A stretch of DNA of 64,000 nucleotides from the NCBI GenBank assembly GCA_049304015.1, contig JBAQNS010000016.1, positions 143-64,142 of the forward strand, written 5' to 3'. The translations under genes were made by a program, and so were the position numbers. This DNA comes from Minisyncoccia bacterium (GTDB lineage Bacteria > Patescibacteriota > Minisyncoccia > Phycocordibacterales > Zambryskibacteraceae). Numbering within the stretch: position 1 is the first letter of the stretch; each line of letters starts with the position of its first letter. Below are positions 47,098-57,315 of the stretch, piece by piece. A model generated the notes under the pieces. It worked only from the letters and a program-made list of their open reading frames with translations. It was not told the origin of the DNA and made no database searches.

Positions 47098-48799
47098 CAG
47101 ATTATTTAGAAAAATAAGAAAAAGTATCACCAGGAAATACAAAGATATTGATCCTGAAGATATTTTCCTAGATTCAACTAACTTACCTGGTTTTACTATT
47201 AATAGATTTGAAGGTCGGATAGAAAAGCCTATTTCTTCTGTTACTTTCTTATTGATGAAAGGAGCTTTGGTTTTGCTACTAGCTTTCTTTTTTGTAAGGT
47301 TGTGGAATCTAAATGTGATAAATGGTGAAAATTTTAATAAAATTTCAGAGAATAATCGTTTGGCCCACACCTTAATATTTGCTAATAGGGGTGTAGTTTA
47401 TGACAGGAACAAAGTTGAATTGGCCACAAATGCCATAAAGGAAGGTAAAACAGATTTTGCAGAGAGATTGTATGCACCCATAGACGGTTTGTCTCATGTG
47501 GTTGGTTATGTGAAGTATCCTTCTAAGGATTCCTCAGGCTTTTATTATGAAGAAGAATATAGGGGTCAATCGGGAGTAGAGAAGACATATAACAGTATTT
47601 TGGCCGGAACGAATGGTCTAAAGATAACTGAGACGGACGCTCTCGGTCATGTGACATCAGAAAGTGTAGTTCGTAAACCAGAAGATGGTCAAGATTTAAT
47701 TCTTTCTATAGATGCGAGGTTAAATGCAGAACTTTATAAAGCTATGAAGGATATTAAAGAGACCAGAGGCTTTACTGGTGGAGCCGGAGCAATTATGGAT
47801 GTTAATTCAGGAGAAATATTGGCTCTTTCAAGTTTTCCTGGGTTTGATCAAAATTTAGTGACTCGTGGTGAAGACAAAAAAGAGATTTCCAGATTGCTCA
47901 CATCTAAAGACAAACCTTTCTTGGACAGAGCAGTCAGTGGTCTTTATACTCCAGGTTCTATAGTCAAACCCATTATGGCTTTAGCTGCTTTAAACGAAAA
48001 TGTTATTTCTCCTGATAAGCAAATACTTTCTACAGGGACACTGTTGGTACCCAACCCATATGATAAGACTAAGCCATCGATTTTTAAGGACTGGAGAATA
48101 AATGGTTGGACTGATATGAGGGAAGCGCTCGCAGTTTCTTCCGATATTTATTTTTATGTAGTGGGTGGCGGTTTTGAGGGACAAAAAGGTTTAGGTATAA
48201 ACAACATTGATAGATATTTTGAAATGTTTGGAATGACAGAAAAGACAGGTATTGATCTCCCTGGTGAAAATGAAGGAGTGATTCCCAGTCCAGAATGGAA
48301 AAAAGAGAATTTTGATGGAGAACCTTGGAGACTCGGAGACACATATATTACTTCTATCGGCCAATATGGCACTCAGGTCACACTTCTAGAGGCTCTCAGA
48401 TGGACTGCGTCTATAGCTAACAAAGGCACACTACTAATACCTTCTGTAGTTTTAGGTGGCAAGTCTCCAAACTCAAGAGTTTTTAGAACCATTGATTTAC
48501 CAGACAATGTTTGGAAAGTTGTTCAAGAAGGAATGAAGCAAGGTGTAGAAACAGGCATAGTTAGCGCCCTCAAAACTCCTGCAGTGGCTGTGGCAGCGAA
48601 GACTGGGACAGCCGAACTCGGAGCTTCCAAGAATAGAGTAAACTCGTGGTCAGTTGGATTTTTTCCATTTGAACACCCCCATTATGCATTTGCAGTTTTA
48701 ATGGAGAATGGTCCAGCAGACAATCCAGTCGGAGCTACTTATGCGATGCAAGAGCTGTTAAATTGGATGATTTTGAATACTCCAGAATACACAAAATAG
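47090..48799 (+). CDS. mrdA: Penicillin-binding protein 2 (elongation transpeptidase)
   Basis: PBP dimer domain plus transpeptidase with SxxK (TPGSIVKP), SSD, and KTGTAE motifs. Confidence 0.8.
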   Translation: MYNRLFRKIRKSITRKYKDIDPEDIFLDSTNLPGFTINRFEGRIEKPISSVTFLLMKGALVLLLAFFFVRLWNLNVINGENFNKISENNRLAHTLIFANRGVVYDRNKVELATNAIKEGKTDFAERLYAPIDGLSHVVGYVKYPSKDSSGFYYEEEYRGQSGVEKTYNSILAGTNGLKITETDALGHVTSESVVRKPEDGQDLILSIDARLNAELYKAMKDIKETRGFTGGAGAIMDVNSGEILALSSFPGFDQNLVTRGEDKKEISRLLTSKDKPFLDRAVSGLYTPGSIVKPIMALAALNENVISPDKQILSTGTLLVPNPYDKTKPSIFKDWRINGWTDMREALAVSSDIYFYVVGGGFEGQKGLGINNIDRYFEMFGMTEKTGIDLPGENEGVIPSPEWKKENFDGEPWRLGDTYITSIGQYGTQVTLLEALRWTASIANKGTLLIPSVVLGGKSPNSRVFRTIDLPDNVWKVVQEGMKQGVETGIVSALKTPAVAVAAKTGTAELGASKNRVNSWSVGFFPFEHPHYAFAVLMENGPADNPVGATYAMQELLNWMILNTPEYTK

Positions 48800-48862
48800 G
48801 AGGTTGCTTTTTAGGTCCGTTTGGCGTAGTATGTGTCCCCATAATCGTTTCCAACAACCAAC

Positions 48863-49330
48863 ATGCACAAAGACAAGGAGTATCTAACAGAAGCAAAATT
48901 TAACGAATTTAAAGCTGAACTAGAAGAGCTAAGAACTAAGAAACGCAAGGAGATTGCTGAGGCTTTAGAATTTGCAAAATCTCTCGGTGACCTTTCAGAA
49001 AATGCAGAATATCATGATGCCCGTGACATGCAGGCTCGTGTTGAAGACAGAATCAATCACTTAGAAGCACTTCTAAAAAATGCTTCTATAGTTGAAAGCC
49101 ATGACACTCATTCAGTTTCTGTAGGTTCAACAATTACTCTTTCAAGAAATGGAGATAAAGAAACAAAAGTTTATACGATTGTTGGGGCAGAAGAGTCAGA
49201 TGTATCCAAAGGTAAAATTTCTGTCCGCTCACCACTCGGTGTAGCTGTTTTAGACAAAAAGAAAGGTGATACCTTTACCTTCAAAACTCCTGGGGGGACT
49301 GTGAACTATAAGGTTATTGATATAAAATAG
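48863..49330 (+). CDS. greA: Transcription elongation factor GreA
   Basis: Coiled-coil N-terminal domain plus FKBP-like C-terminal domain. 155 aa. Confidence 0.85.
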   Translation: MHKDKEYLTEAKFNEFKAELEELRTKKRKEIAEALEFAKSLGDLSENAEYHDARDMQARVEDRINHLEALLKNASIVESHDTHSVSVGSTITLSRNGDKETKVYTIVGAEESDVSKGKISVRSPLGVAVLDKKKGDTFTFKTPGGTVNYKVIDIK

Positions 49331-49334
49331 AGGC

Positions 49335-50822
49335 ATGGCCTCCATCGAAGAAATCCAAGAAGCACGCTTAGGCAAGCTTCAATTATTAAAGGATAAAGGC
49401 ATTAATCCTTATCCAATTGTTTCTCACCAAGACTTTACTAATCTAGTCGCAGTCGAAGATTTTGATTCGATTTCTTCTTCAGGAAAATCTATTTTTATGG
49501 TGGGGAGAATTTTGTCTCTCCGTGCTCAGGGCAAAATTATTTTCATCACCTTTGATGATGGGACGAGTAAGTTTCAAGCGCTTTTAAAATCTGGAGAACC
49601 TCTCCCAGAAGAGACATTTGATTTATTTGAACAAGCATTCGACATAGGCGATTTTGTGGAGATAAAGGGAACATTATTCAAGACTAAAAGAGATGAGAAA
49701 ACTATCCTCGCTGAAGATGTGCAGATGCTCTCTAAGTCTCTCCGCCCTCTACCCGAGAAATGGAGTGGTCTACAGGATCCAGAAGAAAGATTTAGAAAAA
49801 GATATTTAGACATAATTTCAAATCCAGAACTCAGAGCAGTTTTCCAAAGGAAAGCCAAGTTCTGGAACACCATTCGAGAGTATATGCTTTCAAAGAATTT
49901 CCTAGAAGTTGAAACTCCTGTTTTGGAGAACACTACTGGTGGAGCAGAAGCGCGTCCATTTATTACTCACCACAATGCTCTTGATATAGATGTTTATCTC
50001 CGTATTTCAGCTGGAGAGCTATGGCAGAAAAAGTTATTGGTAGCTGGTTTCCCTAGGACTTTTGAGATAGGAAGAATTTTTAGAAATGAAGGTATCTCTA
50101 ATGAGCACCTTCAGGACTACACTCAACTAGAATACTACATGGCTTATGCTGATTATGAGGAAGGTATGAAGATGACCAAGGAGCTCTACAGATTAATCGC
50201 TGACAAAGTTTTTGGCACCACCAAATTCACTATTAGAGGTATGGAAGTTGATTTGGCCAAAGAATGGGAAGTCTATGATTTTTGTACTGTTATTAAAGAA
50301 AAATTTGATATAAATCCACTAAATACAACAGAGCAAGAAGTTTTGGCCGTTTTGGATAAAAATAATATAGAGAGAGAAAAAGACACAAACATAGAGAGGG
50401 GAATCGATTTGCTTTGGAAGAGTTTAAGGAAGACTATCGCTGGTCCAGGATTCCTCATAGGTGTGCCAGTATCAATGGAGCCTCTAGCCAAGAAAAACAG
50501 AAATAATTCAAACACTGTAGAAAGGTTTCAAGTCATCCTTGCTGGTAGTGAGATGGGTAAGGGCTTTAGTGAATTGAATGACCCTGTTGATCAAAAAGAA
50601 AGATTTATGAACCAGCAAGCCAAACGTGATGCAGGAGATGATGAAGCGCAGATGGCAGATATGGAATACGTTGAAGCACTAGAGTATGCGATGCCTCCAG
50701 CATTTGGTTTCGGACTTTCAGAAAGATTGTTTAGTTTCCTTATGGACATGTCAGTACGAGAGACACAACTTTTTCCTCTAATGAGGCCTAAAAATAAAGG
50801 AAATTCTGAAATTGACAAATAG
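49335..50822 (+). CDS. lysS: Lysyl-tRNA synthetase (class II)
   Basis: OB anticodon-binding domain plus class II core (FRNEGIS, GGAEARPF). Confidence 0.85.
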   Translation: MASIEEIQEARLGKLQLLKDKGINPYPIVSHQDFTNLVAVEDFDSISSSGKSIFMVGRILSLRAQGKIIFITFDDGTSKFQALLKSGEPLPEETFDLFEQAFDIGDFVEIKGTLFKTKRDEKTILAEDVQMLSKSLRPLPEKWSGLQDPEERFRKRYLDIISNPELRAVFQRKAKFWNTIREYMLSKNFLEVETPVLENTTGGAEARPFITHHNALDIDVYLRISAGELWQKKLLVAGFPRTFEIGRIFRNEGISNEHLQDYTQLEYYMAYADYEEGMKMTKELYRLIADKVFGTTKFTIRGMEVDLAKEWEVYDFCTVIKEKFDINPLNTTEQEVLAVLDKNNIEREKDTNIERGIDLLWKSLRKTIAGPGFLIGVPVSMEPLAKKNRNNSNTVERFQVILAGSEMGKGFSELNDPVDQKERFMNQQAKRDAGDDEAQMADMEYVEALEYAMPPAFGFGLSERLFSFLMDMSVRETQLFPLMRPKNKGNSEIDK

Positions 50823-50901
50823 GGTAGTTGTGTGCTATAATAGAAAAAGATAACGCTCTTGGACAAACTTGTCCGAACAACACTTTTGCCCGAGGAGGGC
50901 A

Positions 50902-51547
50902 TGTGAACATTCAAAACACTTTCTTCATGCTCATCGCGCTACTCGTACCGCTTGCGGTCGAGGCGCAGAAGGACACCACGAAATTCGAGCCGTATACGTT
51001 TGTCTGGCTAGAAGGTCAGGCAGCCGTGCCGAAGTCTGAACTTGGACTGAAGAAGCCGGTGATTCAACAGAGTGTCTCAACACTCACGTTCGGTCACCAA
51101 GCTTCACAAGGAGTCGGTGTGGTCGCCACTCTGGCTCATGCTAACACTCTCGACTCCGAGGCATGGAACGAAGTGACTCTGACTTGGTCCGTCGCGACGA
51201 AGTCTGGACTGTCAGTTTCTGCTGGTCCGGCTATCGAACAAGTGGGCAAGGTCTACCACAATCGCGGTCGTGTGAATTTCTTCTATGACCATGAGGCGAG
51301 TGCGAGCTTCCTCTACGGTCAGCTCGACGCTGGTCAGGGTACGAGTTGGTGGTGGGTCGACGGCGCCATTTTCATTAAGAAGTTTGTTGGAGTTGGCGTG
51401 CTTGCCCAGATGCCTGACCTTGGTGTTGGCCCGAAGCTTGAACTTCGAATGGGGAATCACGTTTCCATTTGGGGGGCGGGACTTCGTCAGCCAGATACCA
51501 AGGTTGAGTACGGGGTCTTCGGACTCCGACTCAAGTACGACAAGTAG
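50902..51547 (+). CDS. Secreted beta-strand-rich protein (possible beta-barrel), GC-rich; GTG start
   Basis: Signal peptide MNIQNTFFMLIALLVPLAVEA/QK. Alternating hydrophobic/Gly-rich segments. C-terminus ...YGVFGLRLKYDK. Promoter TTGACA-18-tgcTATAAT at 50808-50844. Tandem hairpin terminator at 51548-51603. Confidence 0.45.
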
Positions 51548-51717
51548 TGACCAACACTCGGTGTTGGTCAAGGCGCATACCATCCAGGTATGCGCTATTT
51601 TCATATATTTATAGGGTTAAATTAAAGCTTGACAAATTATATATAATTTGCTATAGTATGTTTAGTTTAGATGTACATTCCACGAGGCATAGGCCTCACT
51701 ACTACGAGGTACACGCA

Positions 51718-52359
51718 ATGCGCAAGCACGCACTGATGTTCGTCCTACTCGCGGTTCTGCTGCCGGTTGACCTCTTCGGTCAGAACCGCATCAGTTCGGT
51801 GAGTCTCGGCTCCGGCCAGGACGCCATCTCGAGCGGCATGACCGGTATCCTCCGGTTCGAGTCGAAGGACAAGAAGCTCTTCGGCGAATTCGCTGCTCAG
51901 CATGAGCAGGCGTGGTTCGCTATCGGGCGGCAGCTCAACGGTCGAGTCAGTGGCTTCGTTGCCGGTGACGTCGGACATTTCCAGGGTGCGCCCTGGTATG
52001 GTCCGTACGTCTCACTCTCGACTCCGCTCTTGAAGATCGGGAACAAGGATCTCTCCATTAGCACTCTGCAGTGGCCCGCGATCTTCGTCTCCAACCCTTC
52101 GAGCAAGACCGGTCAGAAGCTCAACGGGTTCATCGAGCACGTGGGCTATCTGTCCTCGTTCAGCCTGACGCTCGGTCCGGTGTCCTTGAACCATGCGATG
52201 CTCCACTTCCTGAACGATCCCTGGAATTCGCTTCCGGGTGCGTCGATCACACTGCCCATCACGGGTGAGGTGAGCGGAACGACTTCGTACACTCGCAACG
52301 TGAACGGGAAGTTCGACATGTACTTCATGGGAGTCAGCTGGACTCCGTCGAGTAAGTAG
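51718..52359 (+). CDS. Secreted beta-strand-rich protein (possible beta-barrel), GC-rich
   Basis: Signal peptide MRKHALMFVLLAVLLPVDLFG/Q. Promoter AAGCTTGACAA-17-tgcTATAGT at 51623-51660. Terminator at 52371-52415. Confidence 0.45.
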   Translation: MRKHALMFVLLAVLLPVDLFGQNRISSVSLGSGQDAISSGMTGILRFESKDKKLFGEFAAQHEQAWFAIGRQLNGRVSGFVAGDVGHFQGAPWYGPYVSLSTPLLKIGNKDLSISTLQWPAIFVSNPSSKTGQKLNGFIEHVGYLSSFSLTLGPVSLNHAMLHFLNDPWNSLPGASITLPITGEVSGTTSYTRNVNGKFDMYFMGVSWTPSSK

Positions 52360-52447
52360 TTCTGCTTCCTAGCCCCACAGATTAGCTTCGGCTTCTGTCG
52401 GGGCTTTTCTGTTTCAAAATTCCGATACAAAAATGGGGGAATGACAA

Positions 52448-52522
52448 GTGGAAAAGTGGATAACTAAGGTAGTAGAGTGGATGCATGTGGGATACAATAT
52501 CTATCAGGTGGGAGAAAGTGGG
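52448..52522 (+). promoter_or_regulatory. Array of six GTGG(G/A) direct repeats at about 10-bp spacing upstream of mraZ (putative MraZ operator)
   Basis: GTGGA at 52448 and 52456, GTGGA at 52477, GTGGG at 52487, 52508 and 52518. The mraZ ATG is at 52546. Confidence 0.5.
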
Positions 52523-52545
52523 AAATTTAATATTTGTTATTTAAC

Positions 52546-52980
52546 ATGTTCATTGGCGAATACACACATACAGTCGATGAGAAAAAAAGAATCTCATTAC
52601 CATCCAAGTTCAAAAAAGAACTTGGAGACAAAGTGGTAGTCACCAGAGGACTTGATAACTGTCTTTTCCTTTTCACTCACAAATCGTGGACAATCATTTC
52701 TAAGGAAGTGGGCAAGCTCGACATGAAGCAAGCAGATGCCAGAGGATTCGCTCGCTTTATGTTTGGAGGGGCGCTCGAGATAGATGTGGATTCTATGGGT
52801 CGCATACTCATCCCAGATTATTTGAAAGAGTTTGCAGACCTCAAGAGTCCCGTCGTCTTCGCTGGCCTCAATGACCGAATCGAAATCTGGAATGAGAAGC
52901 GTTGGAAGGAATACAATAAACGCATTGAATCCGAAGTCGAAGGTTTAGCCGAAAAGCTCAGCAACATAGGAGTGAGATAA
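52546..52980 (+). CDS. mraZ: Transcriptional regulator MraZ
   Basis: MFIGEYTHTVDEKKRISLP and a second DxxxR half. The ORF-track TTG start was moved to the ATG. Confidence 0.85.
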   Translation: MFIGEYTHTVDEKKRISLPSKFKKELGDKVVVTRGLDNCLFLFTHKSWTIISKEVGKLDMKQADARGFARFMFGGALEIDVDSMGRILIPDYLKEFADLKSPVVFAGLNDRIEIWNEKRWKEYNKRIESEVEGLAEKLSNIGVR

Positions 52981-52981
52981 T

Positions 52982-53872
52982 ATGGCCCACATTTCAGTTC
53001 TTTTACATGAATCAGTAGAAAATCTAGACCTTAAAGAAGGAGAAATTTTTCTTGATGGCACTCTTGGTGCAGGTGGCCACTCGGCCCTTGTAGCAAAAAC
53101 ACTCGGAGAAGATGTAGAGATTATTGGTCTTGATAGAGATCCTGAAGCAATAAAAAGAAGTGAGGAGAGATTGCGGACTCTCACCACTAATGCATATCTG
53201 CGTAATGAAAGCTTTAGGAATCTTGATCAAGTTTTGTTTTCTCTAGGTGTCTCTGGTGTTGATGCAATCCTCTTTGACCTTGGTATTTCGTCCGATCAGC
53301 TCGATGCAGAAGGTAGAGGATTTTCCTTTCAGAGAGATGAACCACTAGACATGTCTATGTCTAAGGATAGTAAGGGCTTTAATGCAAAGGTGATTCTAAA
53401 CACTTTTGATGAAGAAGCACTAGAGCTGATCCTTCGTGGCTTCGGAGAAGAAAAATTCTCTCGTCGTATAGCCAAGGAAATCATCCAAAGAAGGGAGACA
53501 AAGCCATTTGAGACTACGTTTGAACTAGTAGAAGCGGTACGCGCTGCCACGCCATCCGTCTACCATCGCGGGAAACTCCACCCTGCGACACGTACGTTTC
53601 AAGCCTTACGCATTGCCACCAACGAAGAATTAACTGCCCTAGAAGAAGGTTTAGAGAAAGGTTTCGAGCATCTAAACGTTGGTGGAAGGTTTGTGGTCAT
53701 CTCATTTCACAGTCTAGAGGACAGGATAGTCAAACAATTTTTCAAGAAAGTTGTTGATGAGGAGAGAGCCAAGATGATTACAAAAAAACCAATTGAACCA
53801 ACTCTCATGGAGATAAAAGAGAACCCACGTTCTAGGAGTGCCAAATTAAGAGTGATAGAAAAAATTATTTAA
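52982..53872 (+). CDS. rsmH: 16S rRNA (cytosine1402-N4)-methyltransferase RsmH
   Basis: HISVLLHE..DGTLGAGGHS and FHSLEDRIVK. Confidence 0.85.
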   Translation: MAHISVLLHESVENLDLKEGEIFLDGTLGAGGHSALVAKTLGEDVEIIGLDRDPEAIKRSEERLRTLTTNAYLRNESFRNLDQVLFSLGVSGVDAILFDLGISSDQLDAEGRGFSFQRDEPLDMSMSKDSKGFNAKVILNTFDEEALELILRGFGEEKFSRRIAKEIIQRRETKPFETTFELVEAVRAATPSVYHRGKLHPATRTFQALRIATNEELTALEEGLEKGFEHLNVGGRFVVISFHSLEDRIVKQFFKKVVDEERAKMITKKPIEPTLMEIKENPRSRSAKLRVIEKII

Positions 53873-53877
53873 TAAGA

Positions 53878-54216
53878 ATGTACATTACAAAAACACTTTC
53901 ATACGATACCCGCGCAAGAGCCTTTTGGACCCTTGTAGTTTTGTCCATTCTATCTTTGGTGGTTTATATTTTTGCCATTAATGCCACCATCAGAAACACT
54001 GTCACCAGACAGAATTTAGAGAACGAAGTAGCTACCATTTCTACTCAACTTGGAGATTTAGAATTTTCATACATCGCTTTAAAAAATAGAGTTTCTTTGG
54101 ATTTGGCTTATACTCGAGGGTTCAAAAATGTTTCCTCAGCACAATATATATCAAGAGGAGAGTCTAGATCTTTGACTATGAATGTAACCTCTCTATCTGG
54201 CACAATAAGTAGATAA
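53878..54216 (+). CDS. ftsL: FtsL-like small bitopic division protein
   Basis: 112 aa with a single TM helix. Sits between rsmH and ftsI. Confidence 0.45.
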   Translation: MYITKTLSYDTRARAFWTLVVLSILSLVVYIFAINATIRNTVTRQNLENEVATISTQLGDLEFSYIALKNRVSLDLAYTRGFKNVSSAQYISRGESRSLTMNVTSLSGTISR

Positions 54217-54218
54217 CT

Positions 54219-55958
54219 ATGAAAGAGACCCAAACGCGTCTCCGTTTACTTTCCATAAGTATTATTCTCGTGGCCCTAGTACTCATAGGGAAGCTTTATT
54301 TCGTGCAAATAATTAATGGTCAGACTTATAAAGATAAAGCCGATCGACAGTATGTGGCTGGAGTAAATTTCTTTGATAGAGGCTCTGTTTATTTCAGTTC
54401 TAAAGATGGTGGGGTTGTACCAGCCGCATCCTTAAAGACTGGTTATACTTTGGCTATAAATCCTGTTATTTTAGCTACCAATGCTGATCAAAATAATGTT
54501 TATGAAAAGATAAACACCATCACTCCAATAGACAAGACGGTATTTTTTGAGAAGTTATTTAAAAAAAGTGATCCATATGAAGAACTTACAAATAAATTGC
54601 CCATAGACGTGGCAGACAAAATACAAGCCTTGAATATCAAGGGTGTTTCTGTTTATAAAGATAAGTGGCGTATATATCCTGGTAACTCTATGTCTGCACA
54701 TACTATTGGATTCATTAGCTACAAGGGTGACAAATTGACTGGGAGTTATGGATTAGAGAGATTTTATGAGAACGTTCTAATGCGCAGTGGTGATGAAGCT
54801 TTTGTGAACTTTTTTGCAGAAGTTTTTTCTAATATTAGGAAAAGCGTTACCCCCGGTGAAAGTCCAGAAGGAGATATAGTGACCACCATCGAGCCAACGG
54901 TAGAAGCTTTTCTTGAATCAGAGTTGAAGAAAGTGGATGAAACCTATAGTTCCGAATTCACTGGAGGCATAGTGATAAATCCTAAAAACGGAGAAATTTA
55001 TGCCATAGGTATGGACCCAACTTTTGATTTAAATAATTTCTCTAAAGAAAAGAATGCACAGATTTATAGGAACAAATTCGTAGAAGACAGATATGAGATG
55101 GGTTCGATTATTAAGGCTCTAACTATGGCTGCTGGTCTTGATTCTGGTGCGGTGACAGCGAAGACAACTTACAACGACCCCGGTTGTATGACTCTAAACA
55201 AGAAAACATTTTGTAATTATGACCAAAAGTCTCATGGTTCAAATCTGCCTATGCAAATAGTTTTGGACAAATCTCTAAACACTGGGGCAGCATTTATTGT
55301 CCAAAGAATGGGCAACAAAAGCTTTACTGATTATATGTATAAATTTGGTTTAGGTAGTACTACAGGCATAGATTTACCCAATGAAGGACACTCATTAGTT
55401 TCAAATCTAAATTCATCTAGGGATCTCGAACATGCTCAAGCATCATTTGGGCAGGGTATAGCCATGACCCCTATTCAGACAGTGCGCGCACTTTCTGTTT
55501 TAGCTAATGGAGGGACACTTATAAATCCACACTTAGTAAAAGAAATCGATTATAAAATAGGCACAAAGAAAAAGATTTCTTTCCCTGAAGGACCAAGGGT
55601 CATCTCTCCTCAAACTTCAGAAGAAATAAGTCGTATGCTCACAGAAGTAGTAGACCAATCTTTAAGGAATGGTACAGTCAGATTACCTAACTATAGTGTG
55701 GCAGCCAAGACTGGTACAGCTCAAATCGCTACCTCTGGAGGGTATTACTCAGATAGATATTTGCACTCTTTCTTTGGTTACTTCCCTTCATATGACCCAA
55801 AATTCCTGGTTTTCCTCTATACTTACTATCCAAAGAATGTGCAATACGCATCCGAAACCCTCACAGATACCTTTATAGATATGGTTAAATTTTTGATAAA
55901 CTATTATGATGTACAGCCTGACAGGGAAGCCCCACCACCACCTACCGCCAAGTTATGA
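54219..55958 (+). CDS. ftsI: Penicillin-binding protein (FtsI/PBP3-like transpeptidase)
   Basis: N-terminal TM helix, SxxK (GSIIKAL), SLN, KTGTAQ. Confidence 0.75.
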   Translation: MKETQTRLRLLSISIILVALVLIGKLYFVQIINGQTYKDKADRQYVAGVNFFDRGSVYFSSKDGGVVPAASLKTGYTLAINPVILATNADQNNVYEKINTITPIDKTVFFEKLFKKSDPYEELTNKLPIDVADKIQALNIKGVSVYKDKWRIYPGNSMSAHTIGFISYKGDKLTGSYGLERFYENVLMRSGDEAFVNFFAEVFSNIRKSVTPGESPEGDIVTTIEPTVEAFLESELKKVDETYSSEFTGGIVINPKNGEIYAIGMDPTFDLNNFSKEKNAQIYRNKFVEDRYEMGSIIKALTMAAGLDSGAVTAKTTYNDPGCMTLNKKTFCNYDQKSHGSNLPMQIVLDKSLNTGAAFIVQRMGNKSFTDYMYKFGLGSTTGIDLPNEGHSLVSNLNSSRDLEHAQASFGQGIAMTPIQTVRALSVLANGGTLINPHLVKEIDYKIGTKKKISFPEGPRVISPQTSEEISRMLTEVVDQSLRNGTVRLPNYSVAAKTGTAQIATSGGYYSDRYLHSFFGYFPSYDPKFLVFLYTYYPKNVQYASETLTDTFIDMVKFLINYYDVQPDREAPPPPTAKL

Positions 55959-56965
55959 TATATAAACAACTCACTCGTTTTGTAAATTTTCTTTCAGAAA
56001 AGGAAGCTAAGCTTGTTTATAAAAAATATAAACCAAAAATAGTTTCTATTGTTGGTTCAAACTATGTAGCTCCTGCGAGCTACGCTGTTTTTACTGCACT
56101 GTCAAAATTTTATTTTGTGCGTCAGGGTGGGCAAAATCCACACCTTTCAATTTTGGGTTTTGAAAATAATCAAAATAATTTTTGGGAATGGATTTTAATT
56201 TTAACCGAAGGATTGGCCCTCATAATCTTACCCAATCATTATCCTGAATGGCTCATAGTAGAATCAAAGTTTGATGGGGCTGATTATTTTGTTCTTGTTG
56301 ATGAACAAAGCAGCCTAGTTACCAAAGACTATGGGGTGGTTTATGGAGAAAATAGTTTACCTAAGGGGATGACCTTTAAAATTCTTGATAAGAATGAGGA
56401 ATATCCAGTATATATAGAGAGTACTATTGGTGAAGCACAAATACGTCCTATACTGAAGGCTTTTGATTTGTGCTTAACCTTAGGAATCCAGTCTTCAGTG
56501 TTGGCCAAAGCTTTTAGTGATCTTCATGAACCCAATGATAACTATATGAAATTAGTTGCTGGTATAAGGGGAAGTATGATAATTGATGATACCCACGACG
56601 CTTCCACTGAGTCACTAATCGATGGGATAAAAACATTAGGAAGTTTAGATAAACCAAAGAGAAGAATTGCTGTCTTAGGAGATATTTTAATATTAGATAG
56701 GTTCTCTATTGAAGAGCACAAGAAAGTGGGCCAAGAAGTATCTGATAAAATAGATATTTTGGTGACAGTGGGGATTAGAGCTAGAAATATAACCGAGGAG
56801 GCTCTTAATAATGGTTACCCAGAATCTAGAGCTTTTCAATTTGATGAAGCTGAGGAAGCCGGAGATTTCATCCAAAATTTAATAAGAGAGGGAGATGTGG
56901 TCTACGCGAGTGGTGCTATGGGCATGCATGTAGAAAAAATAGTTGAAGCAATAAAATATGAATAA
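55955..56965 (+). CDS. MurF-like Mur ligase family protein with degenerate ATP-binding P-loop
   Basis: C-terminal Mur ligase domain ([33 protein letters not shown]...GDVVYASG). P-loop position reads [12 protein letters not shown] instead of GSNGKTT. Confidence 0.5.
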   Translation: MIYKQLTRFVNFLSEKEAKLVYKKYKPKIVSIVGSNYVAPASYAVFTALSKFYFVRQGGQNPHLSILGFENNQNNFWEWILILTEGLALIILPNHYPEWLIVESKFDGADYFVLVDEQSSLVTKDYGVVYGENSLPKGMTFKILDKNEEYPVYIESTIGEAQIRPILKAFDLCLTLGIQSSVLAKAFSDLHEPNDNYMKLVAGIRGSMIIDDTHDASTESLIDGIKTLGSLDKPKRRIAVLGDILILDRFSIEEHKKVGQEVSDKIDILVTVGIRARNITEEALNNGYPESRAFQFDEAEEAGDFIQNLIREGDVVYASGAMGMHVEKIVEAIKYE

Positions 56966-57314
56966 ATTAACCGAAGAAGAGAAAAAAGTCATAATAGACA
57001 AAGACACAGAAGCACCGTTTGTTGGAGAATATGTGAACAATAAGGAAACTGGTGTATATGTCTGCAGACAGTGCGAGGCGCCACTTTATAACTCAAAGGA
57101 TAAATTTGAATCAGATTGTGGTTGGCCAAGCTTTGATGATGAGATACCTGGTGCTATACACAAGAGTTTGGATGCAGATGGTTTGAGGACCGAGATTACT
57201 TGTGCGAATTGTGGTGGGCATCTAGGGCATTTGTTTGTGGGTGAGCAATTAACTCCAAAGAATGCAAGGTACTGTGTGAACTCCATCTCTATGAAATTCA
57301 TCCCAGGTAAATAA
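56958..57314 (+). CDS. msrB: Peptide methionine sulfoxide reductase MsrB
   Basis: Two CxxC pairs ([19 protein letters not shown]). Confidence 0.85.
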   Translation: MNKLTEEEKKVIIDKDTEAPFVGEYVNNKETGVYVCRQCEAPLYNSKDKFESDCGWPSFDDEIPGAIHKSLDADGLRTEITCANCGGHLGHLFVGEQLTPKNARYCVNSISMKFIPGK

Positions 57315-57315
57315 A

